NCBI GenBank assembly: GCA_041648395.1
Contig: JBAZPC010000002.1
Coordinates: 29,181-93,180 of the forward strand
Direction of reading: 5' to 3'
Source: Minisyncoccota bacterium
Lineage (GTDB): Bacteria > Patescibacteriota > Minisyncoccia > UBA9983
DNA length: 64,000 bases
The notes beneath the pieces are model-generated. The model saw only the letters and a program-made list of their open reading frames with translations, searched no databases and was not told where the DNA came from. The number at the start of each line of letters is the position of its first letter. Within the stretch, counting starts at the first letter, position 1. Position numbers and translations under genes: made by a program. This document shows, in pieces, positions 62,934 to 64,000 of the stretch.

Positions 62934-63851
62934 TCACAGCCGCTGGTGAACAGGGCAGAAGTGCGCCGAGCGTCCGCCGATTCTTATTTTTTTAATAATG
63001 CCGCCGTCGCGCCTTTTGCATTTTTCTCCCGTTTGCTGGTAGGCGTAATGCATTTCTTGATAATGACCTTTTCTGCCGTGGGCGTCGCGATAATCAATAT
63101 AAGAACTGCCGCGCGCTTTAATGGCTTTTTTGAGAATCGGTTTGACGGCGCTGTAAATTTTTTTCAGTTCCACTTCTTTCAGCTTATTCGCCGGCTTCAA
63201 GGGGTGCGCGCCGGCCATCCATAAAATTTCATCGGCGTAGATGTTGCCAATGCCGGCGATGAGCGTTTGGTCCATCAAAACGATTTTAATTTTACCCGAT
63301 TTTTTCCCTATCAACTCTTTAAATTTTACAAAAGTTAATTTCTTATCTAATGCGTCAAGCCCCAGCCCAGCTAGTTCTTCTGGAATTTTTTCTGTTTCTA
63401 AAATAACCACTTTGGCGAATTTGCGCATGTCGCAGAGCGCCAGTTGCTTATTATTAGAAAGAAAAAATAAAAGATGTATGAAGCGATTTTCTGGGTCGCG
63501 AAGAGGACCGGGTTCAATAGAAATCCATTTTTGAGTTTTGAGACCCGTCTTGCCGTCGGGCAGGTTTGATTTTCCCCATTTCCCATATAGTAGGTGCCCT
63601 GTCATTTTTTGATGCACTAAAATTGTTTTACCGCCACCGCGCCCGCCACGCTTCGCTGGCGATGCGGGCGGGGACAAATAAATCAAAATATTTTTCCCGC
63701 GCCGTTCTAATTTCAAAATCTTCTTACTGGCCGTTTCTTTTTTAATTTTTTTCGCGCTGAAAAAATCACTCCAAACATCCCGGATTTTCAATTCGGGCAA
63801 AACTTTTTTCAGGTCATTTACGATTGTCTCAACCTCTGGCAGTTCCGGCAT
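62934..63851 (-). CDS. mutM: Formamidopyrimidine-DNA glycosylase (Fpg/MutM) carrying an in-frame GC-palindromic-element insertion
   Basis: MPELPEVET N-terminus (catalytic Pro2, Glu3), H2TH and a C-terminal zinc finger (CPVHQRL...CxxC). The GC element at 63638-63673 is translated as the LSPPASPAKRGGRGGGKT segment. Confidence 0.85.
   Translation of the reverse strand: MPELPEVETIVNDLKKVLPELKIRDVWSDFFSAKKIKKETASKKILKLERRGKNILIYLSPPASPAKRGGRGGGKTILVHQKMTGHLLYGKWGKSNLPDGKTGLKTQKWISIEPGPLRDPENRFIHLLFFLSNNKQLALCDMRKFAKVVILETEKIPEELAGLGLDALDKKLTFVKFKELIGKKSGKIKIVLMDQTLIAGIGNIYADEILWMAGAHPLKPANKLKEVELKKIYSAVKPILKKAIKARGSSYIDYRDAHGRKGHYQEMHYAYQQTGEKCKRRDGGIIKKIRIGGRSAHFCPVHQRL
63638..63673. repeat. Short GC-rich palindromic element (cgcccgccacgcttcgctggcgatgcgggcgggg), in frame within fpg
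   Basis: It shares termini with the 59076 and 61163 elements. See the fpg feature. Confidence 0.7.
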
Positions 63852-63852
63852 T

Positions 63853-64000
63853 TTATTTTAATATCTTTCGCAGTTCTTCGCGGACGACTTCGCGGTCGTC
63901 CCATTTTATTTTTGTGCCCTTCGGGCCCATGAGCCACGGTTCGGCGCCCTTGCCGGTGATTATCACGGCGTCGCCGGTTTTGGCGTAGGAGAGCGCTTTG
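63853..64000 (-). CDS. Mur-ligase-family C-terminal fragment (gene continues beyond the window end)
   Basis: Own translation gives ...ALSYAKTGDAVIITGKGAEPWLMGPKGTKIKWDDREVVREELRKILK*, a typical Mur ligase C-terminal domain ending. Confidence 0.4.
   Translation of the reverse strand, partial: KALSYAKTGDAVIITGKGAEPWLMGPKGTKIKWDDREVVREELRKILK

Noticed and set aside
1-64000. Searched for a reverse transcriptase with template and variable repeats (a diversity-generating retroelement), integrase genes inside the cassette regions, and rRNA genes.
   Set aside because: There is no RT-like ORF, no tyrosine or serine recombinase other than the chromosomal xerC, and no rRNA in the window.

Overview
This is a low-GC, gene-dense bacterial window. 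The streamlined housekeeping genes (short trigger factor, short YebC, type IV pilus parts) suggest an uncultivated small-genome lineage such as Patescibacteria/CPR; that is inference only. The core is a classical replication-origin neighbourhood: rnpA-yidC-jag on the minus strand, then dnaA-dnaN on the plus strand, with an AT-rich DnaA-box region between dnaA and dnaN. Other housekeeping genes present are ksgA/pcrA, comM, pnp/rpsO, xerC, cca, eight tRNAs plus one tRNA-like fragment, hup, rny, gpmI, clpP/tig, PBP1A, tyrS, ruvC/yebC, ruvB, a PilB-like ATPase, tsaE, polA, holA and fpg. Between these lie accessory modules:
- a tandem cassette array at the 3' end of an M23 peptidase gene, bounded by three diverged copies of a ~30-bp core (two followed by a hairpin), carrying a pilin-like gene and a RelE/ParE toxin-antitoxin pair;
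- a HEPN/MNT pair;
- a copper/metal island bracketed by tRNAs;
- a type IIG restriction-modification fusion with a downstream HEPN-like ORF;
- an AbiEii-like nucleotidyltransferase pair;
- a ~2-kb module next to tRNA-Lys with an att-like 21-bp duplication, inverted GC-rich palindromic elements and a GIY-YIG nuclease;
- a 1108-aa repeat-rich surface protein.
The most unusual feature is that at least three small repeat families sit in frame inside essential genes, in the manner of Rickettsia palindromic elements: heptamer AGTAGTCAGTA-type repeats in ksgA, pcrA, cca and tsaE; GC-rich CCCGCC...GGCGGG palindromic elements in fpg; and a cccttcgacaagctcgggg hairpin unit in tsaE. No CRISPR array, reverse transcriptase or rRNA gene was found.
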